A stretch of 64,000 bases of DNA from Lingula anatina. Taxonomy: Eukaryota > Animalia > Brachiopoda. The stretch is from positions 17,302,848-17,366,847 of the forward strand of contig CM120643.1 in the NCBI GenBank assembly GCA_051362555.1, written 5' to 3'. A program made the translations under genes and the position numbers. Below the pieces are notes generated by a model, which ran no database searches, was not told where the DNA came from, and saw only the letters and a program-made list of their open reading frames with translations. Shown piece after piece: positions 1 to 13,078 of the stretch (position 1 is the first letter of the stretch; each line of letters starts with the position of its first letter).

Positions 1-908
1 TCTTAATATTTAGCCGTTCTGATGCAACCATGTGGATTAAGTACATGTTAGTAATAGTTCATGTAAAACTAAATCTATATCATGTCTCCAGCAGACGTCC
101 TGCTGTCTTTCTCTCTGATGGAAAATGAACTGCACTTGAAAACAAATGTGTTGTCGAAAATGGAGATCTAAAAAAGGGAACTGTTAATTTTACAATCTTG
201 TAGTCACGCCATGTTGCGGCTGGCTGTACCATGTACGTAAAAAACTCACTTAACAAGACACTCACGGTAGAAATGGGATTGATACATGGTGGCAAATATA
301 TTACATAAGGTTGGATTGTTTTATCTATTGGCCACATACTCAACGAAAAAAAAACGTGAAAACATTAATTGTTGAATAAAAAACATTTCTATTGCTAATG
401 TAGTGTTGGCAATACTTTTAATATTGTTCCTTGATATAAAAGAAACTAATGGATGCCCGATTCAGACAGCTGTAGTCTGAAGATTGTTCTGAAATTTTTG
501 ACTAAATATTCTGCCCTCTTTGATCCAAGATTTAAGGCCCCCATGGGGAGTAGTGATCACAGTTCATGGGGGACAAATTTATCCATTCAAAAATCACAGT
601 GAATAAATCTTAATTCATATCTCATTGAAAATGCAGGAAATACCAGTCGAAGATCATGAATCACCGCGTATGACCTCATTTCACGAATGATGAAGAACTA
701 AAAGCCGCATTCACGGGTATAGGGTTATTCACGGATCACACAATATCATACGAACGTTTCAAGCATTTAGGGAAATAAAAAGTGGCCTTTTTAAGTGTAA
801 CGAAATATTCAATGGGGCCCTCACGATGAACCAGTGGTGGTAGCCCAAGAGAATGAAATATCGCACCTACTGTGCAGCTGCATGTACCTTATGAGGTAAT
901 TAAAGCAG

Positions 909-911
<3 letters not shown>

Positions 912-954
<43 letters not shown>
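912..954. repeat. (CA)n microsatellite; similar tracts at ~5573-5618, 7787-7824, 11806-11847, 37537-37565 and 60470-60560
   Basis: Direct inspection. Confidence 0.95.
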
Positions 955-956
<2 letters not shown>

Positions 957-1204
957 TGCAGCATTTACAACAAACAAGAAGCATGTAAACTTATTTTAAA
1001 ATTTATTTACATAAACCATTGCAATAAATGATTAAAAAATCTCCCTTCTATCACAGTTGAAATCACTTGCAGAAAAAAAATTGGTCAAAAAGTTTCTCAT
1101 TTAAATAACAAAATTTGTTGTGCTTGCACTGAAATCTGAATGATGATTAATCTGCATAGATTGTTTGTAAAAATGATCAAACAACAAGTCAAATAAAAAT
1201 GGAT

Positions 1205-4200
1205 TTATTTGAGCGTATTCTTCTCAATCTTGAAAAACTTCTTCTGTAAAACTTCCGGCAGCCTTTTTGAAGCCTGGCTGTTATAATGGCGAACCCAAGC
1301 ATCAAAGACATCCGGTTTTCCAGCGCTCATCGTCGCCGTGTACGTGGTATGCCTGCAAAAGGTAGTGAACTAGTGTCTTAAACCTCTTTTACACTGGACG
1401 GCGTCCTTTCTTCGTCCATAAAACTGGCATGTCTGTGGTCGTAGAAAGGAGACACAAGCATCGCTTTGGTTGCAGAGGGCTTTAAATGTCCATTTTTTTG
1501 TTTGTCAATGTTACGTTACTATAACATTAAACAAATGTACTATAAGCTTGGTTAACATAATATAAACTGTATAATCTATAAAATTATTGCGATATTCACC
1601 TGTTTACCACAAGAGGTTCCGATAACACTTCAAACAATGTGCCCTTGTTGATGTTTTGTTGGCCAGTGGAATTCAATGCTTTCATAGCCGGGGTTCTGCA
1701 ATATTTAAAACTACAGTTCATTCACTTGAGCATTCATTTCATAATTTTTACTCATTTATCCTGTTATTATGTATTTTTTTTTAATTTAAAAGTATCTGAG
1801 TCCCTAGCAAGTGGAACATGTTTGGGTTCTTAGCAAGCTGAAATATAAAACAACTCACTATGAATATAAGAACAAGTCAGTGCCAATGAAACAATATGTA
1901 CATGTATATGCACTTGCACATCATACATGCACTTGTATGTACATCTACATGTACGCACTGTTATATAAATAAAGCTCTGCTTCCAACGTTCAATGTATGG
2001 TTACAAAAAACCTGCTACTACTGGTCTTAATGTAAAGACTGACCACAAAATGACTATGCAAAGCAATATCCTACATTGTACAGGGGAATTATACTGAACT
2101 GAATTAATTCAAATTCATAATCATTAAGATCTACTTTCAGTTTTGATACTTTTTTTTATTATCTTTTAAAATTTTTTGTGAAACCCTCCCAAGAAAAAAA
2201 GAACCATAGGAAATAGATTTATGACCATTTTTCTCTCAGATTTTATTTGTGAAACCTGTCCAAGACAAGTGAAACCTCTGGTTCCCCCACAGTAGTAACC
2301 CTTACCGTCTGTTATCTGTGGCAGGGGGGTCCACCCAGTGATCATAATTAGTCTCCACCAAATACCACCTAAGAATAAACAGAAGTCATCATAGCTATCT
2401 AAATAGTCTCCACCAAATACCACCTAATAATAAAACAGAAGACATCATAGCTATCTATAAAGTCTCCACCAAATACAACCTAAGAAAAAACAGAATACCA
2501 GTTTTATAATTATGATTTAGACAAAGGTCCAGCAATTACTTTTACATGTAACCACTGTACCACTGTGACAGACATGCTTTGATTTTATGCTATAAAGTAA
2601 ACAAATTTATACAAAAAAATAAAAATAATAAAGAAAAACTTTCATGAGAGCACTAAAACACGTGTATTCAATCATCTCAATCATCCTCTCCATCCAATAT
2701 TTTGTTACCTCCGCCAAGGAGGTTATGTTTTCACCCCTGTTTGTCTGTTTGTTTGTCAGTTTGTCTGTCTGTCATCAACATAACTCAAAAAGTTATGGAC
2801 TGATTTTGATGAAATTTTAGGAACTGTCAGAAGTGGGCCAAGGAAGAGATAATTAGTTTTTGGTGGTGATCCGGATCAATAATCAATAATAATCAAAAAT
2901 TGCTGCCTTGGCGGAGGTCTGTGCTCTCGGATTGCTTTTCTTGTTGAAAAGATATTTTCCTTGTCTCTTTTTTTTGTATTTATTTCTACAACTGTTGAAG
3001 GACCTCACAGGACCAATGTAAGTAAGTGATCTGTGGCTGTAATATAAACAGTCAGAAAATACTTCACCTTCCATTAGGGATGTCTAGTTTCCATACATTG
3101 TCTGCCTGCAGTCTGGCCCGGGTAACAACTGCTCCCTGGCTGCTGTTAGCGCCACCTATAATGAAGTATCCCTCTGCTATTGTGTCTGTTGTCACTATTC
3201 TGTCCAGTGCTCCTTCAAATGTGGTTTCTTCTTCCAAAGTCTTGAAATAGAATTTAACAAGACTGACCACAGGGAAAACTAATCCAGAAATTAAGCATTC
3301 AGAGAGGGGGGAGTAGGGAAAGGGGGATGTGGAGATGGGGTGGGGGCGGGGGTGGGGGGCTTAACTGAGCCAGTAACACACCATAGGCATTTTTTAATTT
3401 TGTCTCTGTTATTTATGTAAACAACACAGATCAAATAAATCAGACTTTTTGTTGCATGCGCAAATCTGGCTTCAGAACCAAGTGTTGAACTTAAAATTAG
3501 GCCAAATTGGAAAAAAGGAGGAAAACAGACTATTTCTGATAAAGGGACACAATGATCACATGCTATTAGGGGAACGAGAAATATCATTGGTCATAAAGCT
3601 TTCTCATAAGAAATCATATTGGCTATGCATACTTTTCTAATGAGGAATCCAACTGGCCAGGCTTGCCTGTCTAGAAGAGCCACGAGTGCATTCATCCACC
3701 AGGCTCCTTGATCTAAAAAGTGACAACAAAATTAAAGATACAACAATCTTTCATTCACTGAACAAAAGAAAGTCTTACCATAGCCAGTCTTTATCAGGGG
3801 CGGATTTAGGCCGTCTTCTGGGTCTTCCGGAAGACAGTCAGATTTTCAAGTTTACATTGACGGGTATCTATTTTTTCTGTCAGAAGACGGTCAAAAATGG
3901 GGGATGGCGCAACAAAGATAATTTGGAAGACTGTCAGAAAATATCTCTGAATCCGCCACTGTTTATCTCAAGTGACTTAAAAACAGAATTATGGATAGGA
4001 AATTCTGTAAACAGTTTTGAACGTATACTATAACAAAGAGTGCCACATGTACTTTGGTGACTAAGGGAAAAGTGTTGAAAAAATGAAAGAATATTGTTAC
4101 ATGTTACAGTGTGTAAGGGCTCACCCCAACAACTGTTCTACATTGATTGATCCAACTTCACAGGGACTCTCATTGAATGCAATCAGGTTAACAGATTTAT

Positions 4201-5568
4201 ACACCTCTTCCAGGCATTGAGTAGAATACAGAAAAGCTGGTGATTATTTTAGTAGCTTGGAAACAAGCGGACGTATGTTAATCTCATTATCTGGTTGCAC
4301 TCAGCATGAATCCCCGCAGAGTTGGATCAATCTATGTAGAACAATTGTTTCACTCGAAAGAGCCCTAAAATTGTTACACTTGTTGTGCACCTTCAAACAC
4401 GACAAACCCTTCACAAACCTCTCTCATCAATAGAGATGGTGAAACCATATGGTCTTTGTCCTGTAACTATGCCTGCAAAGCCCACATATGTTACTGCACT
4501 GTACACAGTCTGGAATGTCAAAATAAAAAAAAACTCATCACCAAAACAAAAAGATGCAAATTGAAAATCACATTTCTGACGACTGTGTGAATAGTAGTCA
4601 AAATGCCAAAGCCCTCATGGAAATTAATGTGAAAGCTGTTGATTGCACAAGGTTTGCTACTTAATAGTTATGTAGTTCTACATGTACACATGGCATGGAA
4701 TAAAGAACTCAATCATCCTCATGTTGGAAACTATGCTGTGGGCATACTGGTAATTTTCTGTTGGAAATATCTATCATTACCAGCCCTTGTCAATTTTCCA
4801 CCACACACACATACACACACAAAAAGCTTAATTTCAGGATTTTCATATTTTTCTAAGATCAGGCGAGGCACTCACTGTAAGTAGCCTACCTTTCCTCCTT
4901 TCTGAAAATGAACTATAGCTGTAATATTCTTCAGCATTTCAGTGAAGCCGTACTTGCCACCATAGTCCAAATTCCTGGCATGCCATATCAGTCCATTCTT
5001 ATCTTGGGCCACTATGCTGGTACAAAACCTGAAAATAAAGTTGAAAAATTATTATCTACAGATGTTTCTCTTTTTGTACAATTATTATAAAATATATATT
5101 TTTTTTCAAAAATGCCCATTGTTTTGAATCTTAAAATTTGGCATTGATCTTTTTTTTTAAATTGAAGTTACTGTAATGGAACTCATTTCTACTCAAGTGA
5201 AACATACAAAATAAATAACTAAATGAATAAATAAATATATTTATTACTTAATTAACCATACTGAAAGAAAAAATTCACACAGGTGGATTTATAACACAAG
5301 TGCGCCTAAGACGGGGCTCTACTGCAGGGGATGTGGTGTATAAATATAAATGGAAAAGATGACTTCTTACGCAGTGGCTTCATAAAAAAGATTGGCCATG
5401 ACTATGCCTCCCACATCAGCACCACTAGCCTTGGCTATGCCTGGAACATAAATATATATATATATATACATCATAGGGTTTGTCTTTTGTGATCACACTT
5501 TCTCTCTCTCTCTCTCTCTGTCCACATGCACACGCCTTGCCCCCTGCCCCCCCCCCCCACACACAAAT

Positions 5569-5620
<52 letters not shown>

Positions 5621-7785
5621 ACAAACCATCATTCACATATTCAACAAGGAGGCACCTGCAGGTACAGTGCTCACTTGGTCTTGCAGTTTTTAATTTCACT
5701 GACAAAGGGTTTATTTTTTTCTTCATTGACAAGATTTGTTTGTGTCCTCATGGACTAGATACGAGTTTCACTTAAAAGTATTTTCTGATAAGGTTTCTAT
5801 TTTATACACTTAAAATCATCTTTCCAAGTTCATAATAATCAAGTATTATACAGAGAAATAACATATACCATAAATTTTCCTTTAATCAAGTCAGTAATTA
5901 CCATTATCTGATATTTCTGATTATTACCATAAACTGATATATAGCATATTTTGCCATCATAATTTATTGTTTTGATAGCAACAAAGACTTGCTTTGAAGA
6001 TACAAGAGTTGTTTAATTTTGCCAATGTTCATTAAGTGCATAATAATGTAGCCTTTTCCTGTCTTAATTGCATCAAAGGTTTGCTTTGATGATGCAAAGA
6101 ACTGAGGTATTATGCACAATAATATCACCTCTCATAATGTGGCTTACATATATATAATGGCACCAAGGACAACTACTTACAGTACAGTGGGGGACAAAAA
6201 TTAATGTGTGGTTGATTTTTTTAAAACTTCTATATGAAATATACAATTAAGTCTACTGCACACGTCTAGAATAAGTAAATATTACTTTATGTAAATAAAT
6301 ATACTATTATTATTATTATCATCACCACCATTATCATTCTTCTTATTATTATGTTACAAAATGAAAATTATTATACATTTTTCATAGGGTTTACTGACAC
6401 TCCCATTGAAAAAAACTATTGTTTTACAGAGATCGATCCAACGGTGCTGGGACTCTCGATGAATGCATTCAGATTGACAGATTTACATGCTTCCTCTTGT
6501 TTCTAACACACTTGTATATAATTACCAGGTTTCCTGTATTCCACTCAATCCCAGGAGGAGGCATGTGAATCTGTTAATCTGCTGAATTCAGCAAGAGTCC
6601 CCACAGAGTTGGATCAATCTACAAAGCACCAGTTCCACTGGGAATGAGCCCATTAAAGAGGATTTTTGGAAGTAAAATTGTTATTGGATAATGATACATA
6701 TGTTGGATATGTCTAGTGTGACCTCCCACATAGCTGTGAGGATCAGAAAATGATGGGGCCGTAGCAATAGTCCGAAGGTTCAATAGTCCGAAGGTTCATT
6801 GGTCCGAATATTCACTACAGAACCTTCGGACCAATGAACCCTTGATTAAAAAATCGATGAAAATGTTATCACTTTTCGGACCAATGAACCTTCGGACTAT
6901 CAAGACGCCCCCAAAATGATAAATCACAAAAAAAGTAAAGCATCAGAAACAGTGTGGTGTTTGGAAATTACAAGTAGTCACTGCATGCATGTGGCATTAC
7001 CTCTTATTTCCTGAGCAAAAGGTTCTGGCAGATATTTGTCCAGTTCCTGGGCCAGCTGGTCAACCAGTGGGTACACATCTTCTGGGATGACACGCCTTCA
7101 GAACAGAAATCAAAAATAAGGTACATTTTATCGTTTAACTACAAATTATTGAATTAAATCAGGCATAAAACAAGAATATTTTAATTGGATGAGAAGCACT
7201 AGCCATGCCAATTTTTTAAAAGACAGTGATGGGGAGAGAGGGAGATATCCCCCCCCCCCTGCACTCCCCTACTCTCATAAATAAATATACATATTTACAA
7301 TCTAAAAATATCTATATAGTATTTATACAGTTAAGTATAGTTGCGGTTTCACTTTTGATTTCACTTTTGATTTCTTTCATAGCACTCAGAATGAATGCAT
7401 GGTGTTTCTTTACGCACATCCAAGTATAATTATAATCTGTGTACTGTATATTAGTGCCTGTAACTGCATGAGGTGTATATGTATCTGATATGTACATGTA
7501 GCAGCATTAACAACCTTGATAAATGGATAAAAACAAGGTTAATCACTGTCCACCTGTGTTATCAGATATGTCCCGATACTGGACCAAATCACCTGTCATC
7601 ATATACCCAGTGCAACTGTATAGCAGATCTATAGATACACCAAAACCATGCTGTACATATACATTGTATTACCACGAGTACCTGTATCACTTATCACACT
7701 ATGTCCAGATAATGTAAGAGTACACTTCAAGTGCACAGGCAGCAATTTCTGTGGGGGCGACCTGCTACTGTCATATTGCAAAAGG

Positions 7786-7826
<41 letters not shown>

Positions 7827-8311
7827 GCCTCAGTTTTCGGCCTTACATGCATTGAAATTTACTTCAAGGTATTGCCAAAAACTGGGGCAAATCTGTGCTG
7901 GGTGTGTCTATGGGGGGGGGGGGGGAGGGGGTTTACACTGACTTTTCTTTTAATATTACATGTACTTTCACGCTGAATCCATATGGCACATACTTTCGTT
8001 TCTGATATTCAGGATTAAAAGCAAAAGTAGTCAGAACTAAACCTACAATAAATCAGCTGACATTGCGATATCATCTCTGCCTTAGGCTGTAGCTGAGCCT
8101 GACCTAAAAACAAAGTTCGTCACCTCGTAACCGTGTCAGCGATCTCTGCCAACTGGGGGAAATCTTTAACTATGTGCATCCATCTTTCCTCTGGTGGAAG
8201 ATCCAAGTTGAGAGTGTAAACTTTCGGCTTTGTCGGGACGTCCGAAGAAACCAAAACCGTGACAAATACAATAAAAACACAGCAGTAAAGAGAGTGCGAC
8301 AGACGTCCCAT
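1205..8311 (-). CDS. NAAA: N-acylethanolamine-hydrolysing acid amidase (Ntn-hydrolase, acid ceramidase/NAAA family), 10 coding exons
   Basis: Exons joined in frame via GT-AG: 8311-8124, 7095-7001, 5440-5371, 5028-4890, 4509-4419, 3712-3633, 3240-3068, 2368-2306, 1695-1600, 1352-1205. Signal peptide, LNLDLPPEERW, autocleavage/catalytic F|CTSIVAQD, HARNLDY, FTISIDER, YFIIGG, WYLVETNYDHW, TTYTATMSA. Minus-strand AATAAA near 1002-1007. Confidence 0.93.
2350..2495 (-). repeat. Three ~55-bp tandem copies spanning the NAAA intron 7/exon 8 acceptor
   Basis: agtctccaccaaatac(c/a)acctaa recurs at ~2350, ~2405 and ~2461. Confidence 0.9.
2705..2945 (+). mobile_element. Non-autonomous Helentron/HINE (DINE-like) element
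   Basis: Subterminal inverted repeats acctccgccaagg (2707-2719) and ccttggcggaggt (2906-2918), internal (GTTT/GTCT)n tract, 3' hairpin-like end in T-rich flanks. Confidence 0.75.
3795..3961. mobile_element. MITE with CAG(G/T)GGCGGATT terminal inverted repeats
   Basis: caggggcggatt at the left end and aatccgccactg at the right end. Confidence 0.65.
4117..4365. mobile_element. PIF/Harbinger-type MITE with long imperfect inverted repeats
   Basis: TAA|gggctc ... gagccc|TAA (3-bp TSD), with internal gatccaact/agttggatc inverted arms. Confidence 0.7.
6387..6651. mobile_element. Second, diverged copy of the 4117-4365 MITE family
   Basis: Shares gatccaac..gggactctc..gaatgca..cagattt and cagagttggatcaatcta..gagccc. 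Confidence 0.65.
6755..6912. mobile_element. MITE with GGGG..CCCC termini, subterminal repeats and an 8-bp TSD
   Basis: aaaatgat is duplicated at 6747-6754 and 6913-6920. Repeated tccgaaggttca and tgaaccttcgga form the inverted arms. Confidence 0.8.
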
Positions 8312-10402
8312 ACTGGTCAGAGTGGAAGTCCCGAATTAGCCAGCCTCGTTTTAGAATCTAGGCCAATTATAAAATTTGTAGAATGTCTATTTTTAGTCAT
8401 GACGATACAGCCTGTACAGTTGCACATGAACTACAGGCGCAAGACTCATGAACCGAAAAACACACAGAAATCGGCGATAAAAATCGGTTGAGAATTTTCA
8501 AACAAATTTAATAAAATACTGTACAAGACAAAGAAAACTTTCACCAGCATTAATTTATATATTTTATATAAGATTTATCTGATATTGCATGGGTCCAAAA
8601 ATAAATTATTTGAGTTGCATAATAAATACTGGTAAGTTAAATAATAAATAAATAAATGACGACTGAATTGGTGATCTTTGACGATAAACATGAATTCCCA
8701 AATACTGAATTTGAAACCAGTGTGCATATTTTTCTTGTATTCCTTTTATCTACATGTACATGTCTAGGCGAATGCGACAGGTGATCCTGAGGATACTTGA
8801 GCAAATGCCCTAAATGCTTATTTGTGATCAATGAAAAAAAAAAAAAAAAAAAAAAAGAACGGATTGCACATACATGCTATCATTTTGCTTATTTTATTTG
8901 GCACAGTTAATGACATCACCACAAAAATGACAATTTACGCTCAAATTGCAAAATGTTTATTCATTATCAAAAGAATTTTAAAGAATGAGAGCATCAATTG
9001 GATAAAATCAAATCAACAGATGCAATGTATGGCCAAAGGCCCGGGGTGTTTTGAGCACATATTAATACAAATATTACACATACATATACACATATTAATA
9101 CAAATATTAATGCAACGGATCTTTGTCCGACCAGGGGATTTTTTCACATATAATTCCTTGGTCCGACCAAGGTCGTAAATAGCTGGCCCTTGGTCCAACT
9201 AAGTAAACCAGATTCAGCTATCTATGACTTGGTTGCTTGCTTGTTGCTTTAAGCCATCCATTCATCTCCTAGTTCTTTCCTTTATTTACAATATGTTTAT
9301 AAGCATTTATCTAGCTATTGTTCGATTCACTACTGGTACAAAGTGAATTTAAAGCGGATGTGGTTATTTTTATGTCGAAAGGAAAAACTGGGTCCATGAT
9401 TAATTTATCAAAAAGGTTGCCAATGTACTACCCCAACATTCTTAATTAACTGAAAGTGCAAAAGAAAAATAAAAACGGACAAAGCAGTTGGCCCTCTGCT
9501 CCAACATTCTCTTGAGATTTAATAAAAATTAACTGAAAGTGCAAAAGAAAAAACGGAATCTGTCATTTCCGCATCTCACATAGCCCATGACCATGTACAC
9601 GTACTTCATAAAACCTTTGCGTAAGATCAACGAGTTACATGTTTACAATTCCTTGGTATAATCTAGACGCGAACTCATTTAGTGATCAGCATGATATTCC
9701 TTTTTGTAGTGACTTTCGTGTGAAGGCACAGTGCTATTCATACATATATTAATTATTATGGAGAGAGGCCCGTGTCTCTGTATAATCTTTTCCAGAGCAT
9801 GAAAGTTGTTCCAGGAAGCAGAAGAGGTAGTCCTAACAATCTGCACAGGACGTGACACATGTCTACCCTGAGAGTAAAGTTTACTTCGTTGTATCTTGGC
9901 TATGCATATTCAATCAACTTTAATAAAAGGAAATAATCGATTAAGTTAATCCTACACGTCACCAACACGTGTAGTCAAAGGACAGTGCTCTGTTTATAGT
10001 GAACATGGAAATAATTTTCAAATAAGCTTAAAGGTTTTACCTGCATGTATCATGCTCATAAATTTTCATTAGCTGTTGCTGAGGGTCGTCTTGGTGTATA
10101 TTTACTTATTTAACTGTGCATATTCGCCAGTACGTGCTAGTAGGCCTACATGCTTGTGCATCAGCCGCAAAAAAGATCTATTTATAATTTTATCTATGTA
10201 CACAACAGTCCCTGCACCTTGAACCTCAGGTCGATCGAAATTCAAAGTCGTACACGGTCGATCGTTGAAAGACGTGAAATAAGCCTATGATGGATGAAAA
10301 GATCCGTCTCATTTACCAGTAAAGGCATGCAAGTGTTCATCGGAACATAGCTACATGTAAATTATTCACGACTCCTCGAAGGTTCATGCAATACCGAGTT
10401 CT

Positions 10403-10436
<34 letters not shown>

Positions 10437-11490
10437 TCCATCACCATCTGACTCTTAAGCGGTCTTGTGAGGATGAGTGAAATGAAACTTCATATCAGAA
10501 CCCAAGGTGCAGATCACGGATTTCCGCGGGAAATGACTAATAAGCTCTGGTTTAAATAGAATGACCTAGACTAGAGTGCAGAGGGACGTAAGATAGATCT
10601 ACCCAACTTTTGGCAAACTTCAGTCATTTCAGCACACGTACACTGTAGGAATAAAAATGATCACCCGAGGATTATTGAACTCAAAAATTGGAATCGTCAA
10701 ATTAAACAGAACAAACAAAGAAATGTCATGTAATAACTAACAAGTATAGCCTCATGCAGCAAGCATTTCTTTCTACCCCGGCCATTAGATTTATACGAAG
10801 TATGAAAACAGATGGTTCGCGACGATTAAGAACAAAAAAGGTAGAGGGCATTACAAACCAATTCAAAATGATGGTGTGTGAAACACTCCAATATTAAGTG
10901 TCGATAAGGGTGAATATCAAAACCCAGGCACGAGCAAACGCCCATCGTTATCTTTTAACATGCAAACCTATATTTGACATATTTCCAATTCAACTATTTT
11001 GAATCCTGAATTGTTATCGTGCCTGTAATGTCAAGTGTGACCTAGATTAGACATTGTGGCTTACATGTAGGGTATTTTGCTCTACGCTGTTCATTCATTC
11101 TCTCAAAAAGTCCCATTTGTGCACAGAGGGAAGTTTACGCACCATCTCAGAACAGAGGCCTCGATTGAGACGCCTGTTTCTCCATCGAATTTATAGTGAA
11201 AGTGAGGCTTGTAGCGTGAAACCACCGGGAAGTGCCCATCTTTTTTTTCTTAGTACATGTTGAATGTGATAGATCGAGAGAGATGCAAGGATACCTGAAC
11301 AAGGGTAGTTATTAGAGTGTATATACTTATTCAGTCTGATCCTACAATATATGTAGCTGGCCCTAGAAGCAACGTAAAGCTGGACAGAGCGTCTAAACCT
11401 TGATTACCCGTCAGCTGCACATAGGCGACTGTTAGGCCCTATTGAACTCTTAACTTTGACAAAAATTTCCAGCCAATCGCCAACGGTGCC

Positions 11491-11803
11491 ATGGAGAACA
11501 GCAATTCAACAGAGGAATCGGACTCTGAAAGTGATATGTCCTTTAAAGTGATCATGATAGGGAAGTATGGAGTAGGAAAAAGTTCATTATTCCGTCGGTT
11601 CATGAAGCAGAGTTATAGTGGAGCCATGACCAGGAAAGACACTATAGGAATGGATCACTACAAGCGAACGTTCATCATTGATGGACATGACATAAAGGTA
11701 GGTGTTGATTACGCCCTCGTTACTACAAATTACACGTAGTGATGACAGCGTCATTTCCCCTCCCTCTCTTTCTCTCTCTCTCTCCCTCTCTCTCTCACAC
11801 ACT

Positions 11804-11850
<47 letters not shown>

Positions 11851-13078
11851 GTGGGAGGGGGGCTCACACCCATCCAGCTGAGGCTGTATGCTTATGGCAG
11901 AGTAAGCAGAGTTAGCCCATGCTAGCTAGCACGCATAAATCTTGAGAGGAGTTTGGGGTGCAGATCCGGCATAAGTAATATTTTTTATCAACTTCATTCC
12001 AACAATTAGTCGAATATGTGACACATGTTAGATTCTTAAAGATTAAAGATTCTTAAAGACGTGAATCTATAGGCCTTGACTGTAAGTCCCTGCCTCAGGC
12101 CCGTAGCCAGCAATTTCAAAAGGGGGGTTGTTTTTCTGAAAAAGTGGACCTTTTTTCATAAAAACTTCATGAACCTAGATCAAATTTTACCCAGAGTGGA
12201 CCTTTTCCCACCAAAAGGGGCGATTCTTTCGAACCCCCCGTACCCCCCCCCCCCCCCCCCCCCCCCGGCTACGGGTCTGTGCCTTATTAGCTTAATGGTT
12301 AAACTGTTCATGGATATATAAAAAGTTTGAAGGAAGTTAATAAAAGTCCCTTGCTGACTGTTTTATCTGTTTTAAAGATAGATGATAATTGACAGGGGTG
12401 TATATTATACAGTAGGATTTATCCGTAGGCCTATATGACAGGATTCATCTCATTCCTTGGTATACATGAGAAGTTCAATTTTTGCTTATTGAAATCTATT
12501 TTCATGATGGATAATAGATGTACTCCGTATGCGATAGGATTTATCTCATTCCTTGGTATACATGCATGTAGAGATAATATTGGGGACAAAGCTTGAAAAA
12601 CTGCACTGCTATCTTTCAGGTAACAATGTGGGACACAGGAGGCATGGAGCGGGCTTCCCTCACGGGAGGGTACTACCGGCAAGCAGACGGGGTTATCCTG
12701 TGCTTCAGTCTGACGGACCCAGAGTCCTTTAACTGTCTGTCACAGTCCATGCTGGAGGTGGCCATGTACTGCAGCGTCTCCAAACTCTTCATCTGTGGGA
12801 CCAAAGTGGACGAGATCTCGCGAGATCACGACCCGCACTCTCTTGTGACTGAGGACGATATCGAGATTTTCAAAGCTCAGTGCGGGGACGAGGTCGTTGG
12901 CGGGGTTTACCAAGTATCAGCCAAAACAGGGGCGGGGGTGGAGGAAATGTTTGATGACGTTGCGCGGGTTTTGCGCGACGAATTGGACCAGAAGAGACGC
13001 GAGATAAGCAGAATACGACTGGGTGCCGAGTTAAATGAAGGTGTGCCATCTGAAAATAAGAAAACGTGTGCTTGTTAA
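11491..13078 (+). CDS. Atypical Rab-family small GTPase, 2 coding exons
   Basis: Exons 11491-11697 (AAG|gtaggt) and 12620-13078 (tttcag|GTA). G1 GKYGVGKS, TIG, G3 WDTGGME, YYRQADG, G4 GTKVD, G5 SAKTG, C-terminal CAC (CXC prenylation motif). Confidence 0.9.
12096..12279. mobile_element. MITE in the Rab intron
   Basis: TIRs caggcccgtagcc ... ggctacgggtctg with an internal poly-C tract. Confidence 0.7.

Noticed and set aside
5425-5758. ORFs with CVCVCV/HTHTHT/ERERER runs (also ~7650-7970, 11587-11844, 19343-19572, 60465-60686)
   Set aside because: These are translations of microsatellites.
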